Below are positions 22,001-29,783 of a DNA stretch of 64,000 nucleotides, piece by piece. Each line of letters opens with the position of its first letter. Position 1 is the first letter of the stretch. The translations under genes and the position numbers were made by a program. The notes beneath the pieces were generated by a model that was given only the letters and a program-made list of their open reading frames with translations, was not told the DNA's origin and did not search any database. The stretch is from an uncultured Clostridia bacterium (GTDB lineage Bacteria > Bacillota > Clostridia > TANB77 > CAG-508). Where the stretch lies: the NCBI GenBank assembly GCA_944389225.1, contig CALXLP010000002.1, positions 30,658 to 94,657 on the forward strand, read 5' to 3'.

Positions 22001-23008
22001 AGCATCTTCATGTACATATAATCCTGATTGTTTATTTTGAATTTTAAAACCAACACCTTGTAACTTAATTTCATGATTGTCTTTATTTACTTTAATGACT
22101 TTTAAATTTCCCAATAAATCAATATCATATTCAAAATCTGTATCATAATTATATGGTGTATTATAGCGTTCTCTTGAAATTAAGTTCTGATAGTTATATC
22201 CACTTTGTGATTCTAAGAACCAGATTTTTACGCCCTTTACTTGTACGCTACCACTTGCACTAATTGTTGTAATTCTACTGATACCGCTACTGATTGGTAT
22301 TGAAATATAGAAATCTTTTCCTGATTTTATTTCACCAATACCAATTGTATTTTCTGTTGTTCCTGTATATGTACTAAATTTTATGCCACTTACTGCATTT
22401 CCATTTTGGTCTTTTACTTCTATATTATTTAAAGTTCCTGAAAAATTCCAATTAAATGGTCCTACTTTTATATAATCTCCATTTGATTGTACCTTAATGG
22501 CTGATTTATTTGTATTATCTGTTATTTCTATATTGGCTAATTCATTTGCATATTCTGAACCTTGTGAATCTAAATAAGAACTGCTTCCTTTTACCGTACT
22601 TGCAAATCCATCATATAATCCTGCATGATATTGTCCTACATTTTTTATCCATGTATACATATAGTTCCAGATTGCATTTTGTACGGGTCCACTTTGTTTA
22701 TATCCACCATTATCTGCTGACAATATATGAGCAAGCTTTGCATTATACCAACTTTCTATACTTTTTCCAGTATAATCAGTTGAAGTATTTCCTCTTATAT
22801 CTACTTCTGAGATAACTTTATATGTTAATGTTCCTCTTAATGCTTGGTGATGCTCAACACAATATAAATTTGGATCATTTAAGTAATTACTATATGTGAT
22901 AGTAACTTTTTGTCCTACACTATATGCTGCATTTGCTATATTAGCAAATGCTAATATAGCGAATGCCATTACAATAATTCCAATTAATCTTTTTTTCGTT
23001 TTACTCAT
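19031..23008 (-). CDS. Giant surface adhesin, type B copy 2 (1325 aa): N-terminal thioester (TQXA-type) domain, Cna-B and SdrD-B-like domains, C-terminal TPNTGE motif with TM and KKK tail
   Basis: Signal peptide ...ANIANA. It has LYCVEH (Cys50) and GPVQNAIW (Gln110), the Cys/Gln pair of thioester domains. GNLKVIKVNKDNHEIKLQGVGFKI is Cna-B-type and SGYVWLDK...VIVRLIDRRTGE is SdrD-B-like. Confidence 0.8.
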   Translation of the reverse strand: MSKTKKRLIGIIVMAFAILAFANIANAAYSVGQKVTITYSNYLNDPNLYCVEHHQALRGTLTYKVISEVDIRGNTSTDYTGKSIESWYNAKLAHILSADNGGYKQSGPVQNAIWNYMYTWIKNVGQYHAGLYDGFASTVKGSSSYLDSQGSEYANELANIEITDNTNKSAIKVQSNGDYIKVGPFNWNFSGTLNNIEVKDQNGNAVSGIKFSTYTGTTENTIGIGEIKSGKDFYISIPISSGISRITTISASGSVQVKGVKIWFLESQSGYNYQNLISRERYNTPYNYDTDFEYDIDLLGNLKVIKVNKDNHEIKLQGVGFKIQNKQSGLYVHEDANGTITYVNESQATEFVTDQNGEILIENLIVGTYVAYETQNPNYGYEFISEGVEGTVVVDKTQDFVIENKQIYVKLSGYVWLDKQSGKQSLRNSLYRDDLNDDADELLEGVIVRLIDRRTGEVVKNDNGEDFYALTKEIDLGDSIIRYYQFVDVRIDDLDNYYIEFEYDGLTYSNVTPHLYDENGNNLPNGSKAAENPEVRDEFNKTFSSIEGTSETTGVALDENGNVAHELSYNKDAEQHRSTLINEGLPVGQYPITANTDETDYMIKDQFEYGMEEIPYINLGLYEREQPDLALIKDMQNVRLAINGYQHIYEYAQRFANLEAQEADGDYSDTAFNVGVKFASEYVDDSYTRAIYKADYEYVNEEDSSRELKVYVTYRIGVMNESSSLITQVNNLVDYFDSRYTIVAAGTGINEEGIITGNIEYDQETYNDEYSKAIIYTNSRIESGKTNEFYVQFELSREAVLEILNDGETLDNVVEINSYSTFDGNGSIYAGVDVDSNPGNAVPNDLSTYEDDTDSSPSLKLEVADAREMTGKVFLDSTSGELLTGQIRQGSGQYEEGETGIPGVEVTLTENTGTGLVYTATTDDNGDFYISDFIPGDYTLTYTWGDETYTVQNYKGTVYGKERYDANVANKEWYKTDVETRWTDAVDDYDTRLAIDAELNEITNATQTTIDKMDSTTPTMGIGVEYETTYTASYGDRYVYRIENVDFGIVERARQDITLNKRVSTMKLTLPNGQPLVDLQITEDGQLEGQTGNVIYLPPSPSATPSNGMVRLELDSELIQGSRLEIGYEIKATNNSELDYMSENYYKYGIIEGNVVTITPSAIIDYLDSDWDFDAASNPDWEAIQKDDSRIELAEDVTNSTSIDDAKLFYTEALATYNLQPTESATVMLNVSKLLTSSENIELGNETEIVKVNKPGGSDITSTPGNYVPGTGPAIERDDDMAEVVIVTPNTGENLNYIIPLTVGIIAFAIIGVGIIVIKKKVLNK

Positions 23009-23028
23009 CTTTTTACCTCCTTTCTTTC

Positions 23029-26000
23029 CTAATTTTCCTCTTTAGCATTTTTTCTTTTTACAATAATTCCTGTAACAACTCCAGCTAATACGATAATTGC
23101 AATAATTACTCCAATTGTCATATACACAACTCCACCTGTTCTAATACTTACAATTACATCGGCTGAACCCATATCATTTTCACCACTTACATTATTACCT
23201 GGTGTTGAGTTACTATCTTCTAATCCAAAATTATTATATGCTTCGTAAATTTCTGCATTATTTCTTGTAACTAAGTTATCTTCTCCCATCGTTTTTGTTA
23301 AAGTTAAAGTTACTGTTCTTGATTCTCCTGGATTTATGATGTCATTTCCTAATGTTGTTGTATATAATGCATTATTTCTTTCATACCAATCTTTATTTAA
23401 TTCTGAACTAAATTGTAAGTCACTTGGTAAGTAATCCACAATATTTCTAACATATCCTGCTACTTCTCCAACGTTTGTTACTACAATATTGTATTCAATA
23501 ATAATATTTGATCCGTTCATTTGTTTTGCATCTAATTCTACTTTTGCTGTTTTTGCATTATTATATTCTCTAGTTGTTGTTCCAGCAGAATTTTGAACTA
23601 ATATTCTACTTACATATTTGTCTAATTTTAAATCAAAGTTTTGTAATTCTATTAAACCAATATTAACATCTGATACATTTTCTGCATCTATACGAAGAAT
23701 ATCTGTTGATGCTACTTCTTCTCTTGTATCTTCAATTAATAAATCATTTAATCTGACATCAGAATTTTCTGTTTCATTAATTCCTTCAGCTTTGTATGTT
23801 GTTAATGAATATTGATTTGTATCATATTCAAATATAGCAATATATTGACCATTAGCAATATTATCAAGTACATACATTCCATTTTCATTTGTTGTTGCTT
23901 CTAATACATCGCCTTCTTCATCTTTAACTAGTTGATTTGTATTAACATTTAGTAATCTTACCTTTATATTTTGTAATGTTGCCTCTTCATCATCTTTTCT
24001 ACCATTTCCATTTTCATCATACCATGCTAAACCACTTATCATTTGTTCTCCATTTGCAATATTTCCATTTTGTTCATCATCAGTAGCATGATTGTTATCA
24101 TCTTCATTTCCATTTGTGCCATTTGTATCGTCAATAACATCTGCTTCTATTATGTGATTTAGATTTGATGTTGTTGCTATTTCTTCTCCATAAATGCTTG
24201 CAACTGCTCTATTGGTAATTGTTTCTGCATCTACTCTTGCTTCTGAGTAATTAACTACAGTTTCAATAACAATTGTTGTTTCTCCATTTGCTGGTATTTC
24301 ACTTTGTATTTCAATATTATTTGTTGTAAATTCTACTTCTTCTCCATCTTTTGTCACACGATTAACTGTTAATTGAGAAGGTATCTCATCTCTTATGACT
24401 AATCCAGATGTTTGAGATGCACTATTATTTCTTACATGGATTGTATAAGTAATGTTATCTCCTGATTTTACATATTGACTTTCTGTATTTGCTTCCATTG
24501 TCATATCTAAATCAAAGCTATTTACTCTATCTTCCCATAAATTTGATTTATAGTCTTTTTGTCCATCTGATGCCACTACTGAGAAATTAATTGTATCTAC
24601 TGTATTATCTGGCATCTCATTAATTACCATATTATAGCTCAATACTTTTACTTCTCCAGGTGCTAATGTTCCTATATTTATTTCATCACTATATTCTATA
24701 ATTTCTGATTGTGTGTCTTCATTGATTGTAGCATCTGTTTCTGTTCTTATTTCAGGAGCTTCTTGTGATGATATGATATAGATATCATCATCAGAAGTTT
24801 GATCTTCACTCATTCCTGTGATAAGTGTTAATCTTGATACTTCTAGATTTTCTGATTTATTTGTTTTTACCTTTACATTATTTAATGTTTCAGATGATGT
24901 ATTTTTTATAATTGCAAAATATTCTACTGTTCCTGCTTCATATAAATCTACTTGTCTATCAGTTACTCTTTTTACCATTGCTCTTATGCTTCCACTTTCT
25001 GATAAAACCTTAAATTCATTTGTTTCTTGGACAACATCTGAATAATTAATTTCTACTGTATTTGCAATTGATGTACCATTTGCTAGGCTTGAACTAACCA
25101 TTACTTCATATTCTACATAAGTAATATCTCCTACAGCTAGAGATTCAATTGTTGTTTCAAATGTATCTGTTTCTATTCTTTTATAATATGAAGCACCTGT
25201 ATATTCATAATTATCAATTGGTTCAACTAACATGGTTCCTTCTGGTATCATTCCTTTTACAGTAATATTACTTACATCTTCTGAACCAACATTTGATACT
25301 TGCACTCTATATTTGATAACTTCTCCATTTTTTACTGTACTTGTATTTGTTAATTCTTCTCCTGCTACTGTTGCAGTTAAGTTTGTTTCTATTTTGGGTC
25401 CAACACCTGTTTCCATTGAAATTTCTGTTGCTGTTACTGTGTTTTCACTTCTTGCTTGTCCTTTTGTATAATTTACTTCATATCCTTCTGTTGCTGTTTG
25501 GTTATATTCTAGATTTTCTGGTACTTCTATTGTATATGAACCACTAACAGCCGTTCTTGAAGCAATATTATCCATTACAACTAAATATTTCTTTACCGCA
25601 GTTGGATTTGTTATTGTTTCTGTCCATCCATTATCTGCATTTTCTATATCTGTTGTTGCATTTTCATTTTCTGTATAATATACAGTTCCATTTTCTACAT
25701 TAACTCCACCAACAATTGCTATGTCCATATTGTTCTCCTCTGTTCTTGTTGGGAAAGTTCCTAGCATAGATACATTATCTACATTTTCTTCATTATTGTT
25801 AATAATTTCAAAACTAACTTCCATTTGTGTAGCATCTGTTCCTCTTTGTAAAGTAACACTTGTTGTTTTTTCTTCTCCAATTGTTTCTACATCTAGTGCA
25901 TCTATACTGTTAATAACTGTTACATCTTTTGGTGCTACAACTTCTATTTCTTGAGAAATTCTACCAATATCTTCACCATTTGCATAAGTATTTGCTTTCT

Positions 26001-27960
26001 CGTTTGTATATGTTACATGAATTTCTTCTGGTTTTGCAATAGATGTTCTATTAACATTGATTGTTGCATTAATAATAATGTTTGCACCTTCTACAGATTG
26101 TGATTTATATGTTGTTTGATCTCCTTGCATTTGAATTGTAATATATCTTCCGTCAACAGTATAATTTGCAATAGTTAATTCATCTTCATATAACACATTA
26201 ATACTATTAACTTTTACGCTTTCTACTTGCTCTGGTAATTCAATTGTAAAAGTTGGATTTCTATATAAATCTTTTGATTCTTCATCTGTTTTTAATATTA
26301 ATCTCATTTCAATATCGTTTGCTACAATAGTTGATAGTGTATTTCTACTAATTTCTAATCTTGCTTCTGTTGTTGTTTCATTAAGTTCCATCGTCATTTC
26401 TGTTTCAGCTTCTATACCTGTTGTATATGCCTCTCCTTTTATAGCTAGCTCTTCTTCATCATAGTTGTTATATCCATATACTACTTTAGTTGCTATACTA
26501 TTTGCTGCTTTTACAGTATTGATATCTGATGCACCTATTGTTTTTGTATGTGTAAATGTTAAACTTCCTTCTGTAACTGGACTAGAAGTTCTTATTTCTA
26601 TTCCTTTAGGCTCTCTTCCTGTATAATCAATGACAATATTTCCATTACTATCTACTTCTGTATCACTTGTTATTGTTGCTAACAATTCATGATTTTCATT
26701 ATAGATTTCAATTGTTCCATCTTTACCAAATATCGTATCAAAATCTTTCTTAGAAAGCACTGTTCTATTATAATAAATATTACTATCAGCTTCTCCTTCA
26801 GCTAACATGTATCTACTTGCTTCTTCTCTTATTGATATATATTCTTCTACATTGGCTAAGTTTACATCTAATACAGTTTGACTAGTATATTGTTTATCTA
26901 TACCTGAATATAATTTTCCTTTATAAATACTTTCTTCAGAATTATTAGCCATTATTTCTATTGTAGAATCAATTTCTCTATTAGATAATGTAGCTGTCTT
27001 ATTTGATGTTAATACTTTATCATTTTGTAAGGTAATTCTTGATTCTGAAGTAATTTCTATATTTTCTAATTCTACATCTGCATCATAAATATATGTCAAA
27101 ATAACATTTTCTTCTCCTTGTTTTCTCCATAAAATGTCATTCGTTTGTGTTGTTTCATTTTTCAATGTTATTTCTACATATCCATTTTCATATTTATAAT
27201 CAAATGCTGACATTGTGTTTAGATGAATATCTTTCATCACTTCTGGTGATGTTCCATCGATTTCTGGTACATTTACTCTTGCATAAATTTCTTTCATTGG
27301 ATAATTATTGTCATTTAATCCCATATGTAATGACAATTGTACAACTCTTTTATCCTCACCAGATATTTTTATTAATTTATTTGTGATAACTTCTATTTCA
27401 TTTTTTACATTGTCATTTGTATTTGTTTCTACTAATTGCATATTAACAGTTCTTGTTGCATTGATATTAATATCTTTTTCTGTATTATCTCTATAAACAC
27501 CTGTTAATCTTAATTCACTTTGATGATTTAGCATGTTTATATCCATAACTTCATTATCAATTGGTTTTACTTTTACTTCTATTTCAGCCTTTGTTCCTAC
27601 ATCTATTTGATTTAAATAGATTGTATTATCTGAAATCTTACTTACAAATCCACTTTCAGAACTTACAAGATCGAAGTTAGCATTTTGTAATTCTATTTGT
27701 CCCACAAAAAATCCCTCTGTGTTGACATTAACAGCCAAATACAAAGAAACTTCTTCCATATCTGCCGTTCTTTCTAGTGTTGTTGTTTTTTGCCCATTGC
27801 TATCTTTAAAATAGGCATCAAATTCAATATTTTTATGGTTCGTACTAATTGTATCTGCCGCATAACTGATAAGGCTTGAACCCAAAAATATAAAATTAGT
27901 CATAGTTAATGTCATAATTAATAAAATAACTACACTAATTTTAAAAATCTTACTTTTCAT
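23029..27960 (-). CDS. Giant surface protein, type A copy 2 (1643 aa): DUF11-like repeats, SdrD-B-like domain, C-terminal VSIRTGG motif with TM and basic tail
   Basis: N-terminal signal anchor. ISGLAWYDENGNGRKDDEE...VRLLNVNTNQ...NENGMYVL is SdrD-B-like, and IIIEYNIVVTNVGEVAGYVRNIVDYLPSDL is nearly identical to the motif in the paralogue 13303..18726. Confidence 0.8.
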   Translation of the reverse strand: MKSKIFKISVVILLIMTLTMTNFIFLGSSLISYAADTISTNHKNIEFDAYFKDSNGQKTTTLERTADMEEVSLYLAVNVNTEGFFVGQIELQNANFDLVSSESGFVSKISDNTIYLNQIDVGTKAEIEVKVKPIDNEVMDINMLNHQSELRLTGVYRDNTEKDININATRTVNMQLVETNTNDNVKNEIEVITNKLIKISGEDKRVVQLSLHMGLNDNNYPMKEIYARVNVPEIDGTSPEVMKDIHLNTMSAFDYKYENGYVEITLKNETTQTNDILWRKQGEENVILTYIYDADVELENIEITSESRITLQNDKVLTSNKTATLSNREIDSTIEIMANNSEESIYKGKLYSGIDKQYTSQTVLDVNLANVEEYISIREEASRYMLAEGEADSNIYYNRTVLSKKDFDTIFGKDGTIEIYNENHELLATITSDTEVDSNGNIVIDYTGREPKGIEIRTSSPVTEGSLTFTHTKTIGASDINTVKAANSIATKVVYGYNNYDEEELAIKGEAYTTGIEAETEMTMELNETTTEARLEISRNTLSTIVANDIEMRLILKTDEESKDLYRNPTFTIELPEQVESVKVNSINVLYEDELTIANYTVDGRYITIQMQGDQTTYKSQSVEGANIIINATINVNRTSIAKPEEIHVTYTNEKANTYANGEDIGRISQEIEVVAPKDVTVINSIDALDVETIGEEKTTSVTLQRGTDATQMEVSFEIINNNEENVDNVSMLGTFPTRTEENNMDIAIVGGVNVENGTVYYTENENATTDIENADNGWTETITNPTAVKKYLVVMDNIASRTAVSGSYTIEVPENLEYNQTATEGYEVNYTKGQARSENTVTATEISMETGVGPKIETNLTATVAGEELTNTSTVKNGEVIKYRVQVSNVGSEDVSNITVKGMIPEGTMLVEPIDNYEYTGASYYKRIETDTFETTIESLAVGDITYVEYEVMVSSSLANGTSIANTVEINYSDVVQETNEFKVLSESGSIRAMVKRVTDRQVDLYEAGTVEYFAIIKNTSSETLNNVKVKTNKSENLEVSRLTLITGMSEDQTSDDDIYIISSQEAPEIRTETDATINEDTQSEIIEYSDEINIGTLAPGEVKVLSYNMVINEMPDNTVDTINFSVVASDGQKDYKSNLWEDRVNSFDLDMTMEANTESQYVKSGDNITYTIHVRNNSASQTSGLVIRDEIPSQLTVNRVTKDGEEVEFTTNNIEIQSEIPANGETTIVIETVVNYSEARVDAETITNRAVASIYGEEIATTSNLNHIIEADVIDDTNGTNGNEDDNNHATDDEQNGNIANGEQMISGLAWYDENGNGRKDDEEATLQNIKVRLLNVNTNQLVKDEEGDVLEATTNENGMYVLDNIANGQYIAIFEYDTNQYSLTTYKAEGINETENSDVRLNDLLIEDTREEVASTDILRIDAENVSDVNIGLIELQNFDLKLDKYVSRILVQNSAGTTTREYNNAKTAKVELDAKQMNGSNIIIEYNIVVTNVGEVAGYVRNIVDYLPSDLQFSSELNKDWYERNNALYTTTLGNDIINPGESRTVTLTLTKTMGEDNLVTRNNAEIYEAYNNFGLEDSNSTPGNNVSGENDMGSADVIVSIRTGGVVYMTIGVIIAIIVLAGVVTGIIVKRKNAKEEN

Positions 27961-28225
27961 ATTGGTACCTCCCTGAAATTAAATTTTGTTTTTAACCACA
28001 CTTTCAGCATTTTAATTTTTATAATCATACCTATTATTTATTATACCTTGTTTTTGTTGATTTTTCAACTTTTTTAGCGTATTTTTTTACTTTTTTTAAC
28101 ATTTTATGTAATTTTATTATTTTTCACCAATTTTATGTTACTTTTTTTAAAAAATAATGTATTATTCACACTTTTTTCAATTGTTCATATAATAGTTACA
28201 TAGAAATTTATATTTTGAATATATA

Positions 28226-28693
28226 TTGTATGAGGTGATTATTTTGGATAATTTTAATATTGATAAGCAAACAATGGATAAATTGAATTCTATGCTAAAT
28301 AATGGGAATTTAAATGATATGCTATCTCAGATTCCTCCTGATACTTTAAAAAACTTTTCTTCGATGATGAATGGAAACGTAAACCCTAACGAAAAGTCAG
28401 ACTCTAACAATAATGTTAAAAGTACTGATAATACTAGTAATTCAAGCACCAATTCAAATAATACTGCTTTTGATTTTAGTAAAATTGATATGAATACAAT
28501 GATGAAAATGAAATCTGTAATGGAAAAAATGAATCATTCTTCTGATCCTAGATCAAATTTATTACAATCGTTAAAACCCTATCTAAGAGACGAAAAAAAA
28601 AGTAAATTAGATCAATATGCTAATTTACTAAATATGGCAAATTTGATTGAATTATTTAATCAAAATAATGATAAGGAGAATTCTAGTGATTAA
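28226..28693 (+). CDS. Hypothetical Asn/Ser-rich protein
   Basis: ORF of 155 aa. The likely real start is TTG at 28244, 6 nt after a GAGGTG RBS. The central part is low-complexity N/S-rich. No family recognised. Confidence 0.5.
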   Translation: MYEVIILDNFNIDKQTMDKLNSMLNNGNLNDMLSQIPPDTLKNFSSMMNGNVNPNEKSDSNNNVKSTDNTSNSSTNSNNTAFDFSKIDMNTMMKMKSVMEKMNHSSDPRSNLLQSLKPYLRDEKKSKLDQYANLLNMANLIELFNQNNDKENSSD

Positions 28694-29084
28694 TCATATG
28701 CCTTTGTTCAGGTTTCCCTTTTACCCTTATTCTCGTAACTATCCAAAAGTTCCTTATCATATAGCAAATTCTATATCAATGGATGAACAAAAATCACCAA
28801 ATGATAATGTCTATACACATACGGAAATAAGGGAAAACGGGGACTCTAATCATCAAAATAAGGAAAATAGACATGAAAAAAAATCATCTAAGTATTATCA
28901 TATTGGTCCTATCTTCATTAACATGAATGGTCTTTCTAATAAAGAAGAACCTGTATTAGAAATTTCTGACCAAAAATTATACTTAGACGATTTAATTATC
29001 TTGTCTTTACTATTTTTCCTTTATAAAGAAGATGTAAAAGATGATATGTTGTTTATATTACTAATTTTGCTATTAGTTAGTTAA
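28686..29084 (+). CDS. Hypothetical small protein with a hydrophobic C terminus
   Basis: In-frame GTG at 28686 lies 6 nt after an AGGAGA RBS (28674-28679). The C terminus LIILSLLFFLY...FILLILLLVS is hydrophobic. No family recognised. Confidence 0.45.
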   Translation: MINHMPLFRFPFYPYSRNYPKVPYHIANSISMDEQKSPNDNVYTHTEIRENGDSNHQNKENRHEKKSSKYYHIGPIFINMNGLSNKEEPVLEISDQKLYLDDLIILSLLFFLYKEDVKDDMLFILLILLLVS

Positions 29085-29119
29085 TATAGTTCTATTCTTT
29101 TTGTTTAGGATTATTTTTA

Positions 29120-29731
29120 CTATTCTATTACAATTTCATTATCAATAATACTAACATATGCTTGTTTATGTAATGGTTCTTCATCTCTATCAATCTCTTT
29201 TATAACATTAGCAATTCGAATTTGTACTGTATCTAAAAGTCCAGCTGAAATAATTGCCTGCTTATTTCCCTTTGCACCTGCATGCGCTAATCCTCTTAAT
29301 GCACCTAAAACAACAATATTATCTGAAGCCATCACTTCTGCACCAGAATTGACATCTCCTAAGATAACCAAGCTTCCTTCTGTTTCCATTTTTTGTCCTG
29401 AACGTAAAGAACCTCTATGAAATTTGGTTTCAGAAATGGCAATTTCTTTATTAAATGTTCTTGTAATACTTGAAAGTCCTAGAGATTTTGGCATATCAAA
29501 ATCAATTTCGACATCAATATTACGTTTTATTAGGTCTTGTATTTCATCTATTTCTTTATTTTTTAAAATTTTTCCTGTAACTGTAATTGGTGTTTTTTCA
29601 TTTTTATACATTTTTTTCAATTCAGGAAGTTTCTTTCTTAAATTATCGATAATTTCTTTTTGCTCTGCATCATCACTAATTTTAATTAAAATTTCATTTT
29701 TTCTTAAGTTAATACTCACACAATTTCTCAT
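29120..29731 (-). CDS. minC: Septum site-determining protein MinC
   Basis: 203 aa. The C-terminal beta-helical MinC domain is present: GSLRSGQKMETEGSLVILGDVNSGAEVMASDNIVVLGALRGLAHAGAKG. Confidence 0.85.
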   Translation of the reverse strand: MRNCVSINLRKNEILIKISDDAEQKEIIDNLRKKLPELKKMYKNEKTPITVTGKILKNKEIDEIQDLIKRNIDVEIDFDMPKSLGLSSITRTFNKEIAISETKFHRGSLRSGQKMETEGSLVILGDVNSGAEVMASDNIVVLGALRGLAHAGAKGNKQAIISAGLLDTVQIRIANVIKEIDRDEEPLHKQAYVSIIDNEIVIE

Positions 29732-29783
29732 TTTTACATCCTTCCCTACTTAATTTATATTTTTTCTGTCAAGGTATTATATA

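Noticed and set aside
8363-27496. About 25 plus-strand ORFs of 60-140 aa listed inside the four giant minus-strand genes (for example 8363..8548, 10311..10562, 17417..17842, 20274..20642, 25341..25547).
   Set aside because: These are shadow ORFs antisense to long, clearly coding genes. Their translations are low-complexity (L/F/S/I-rich), they have no RBS, and they fully overlap real CDSs.
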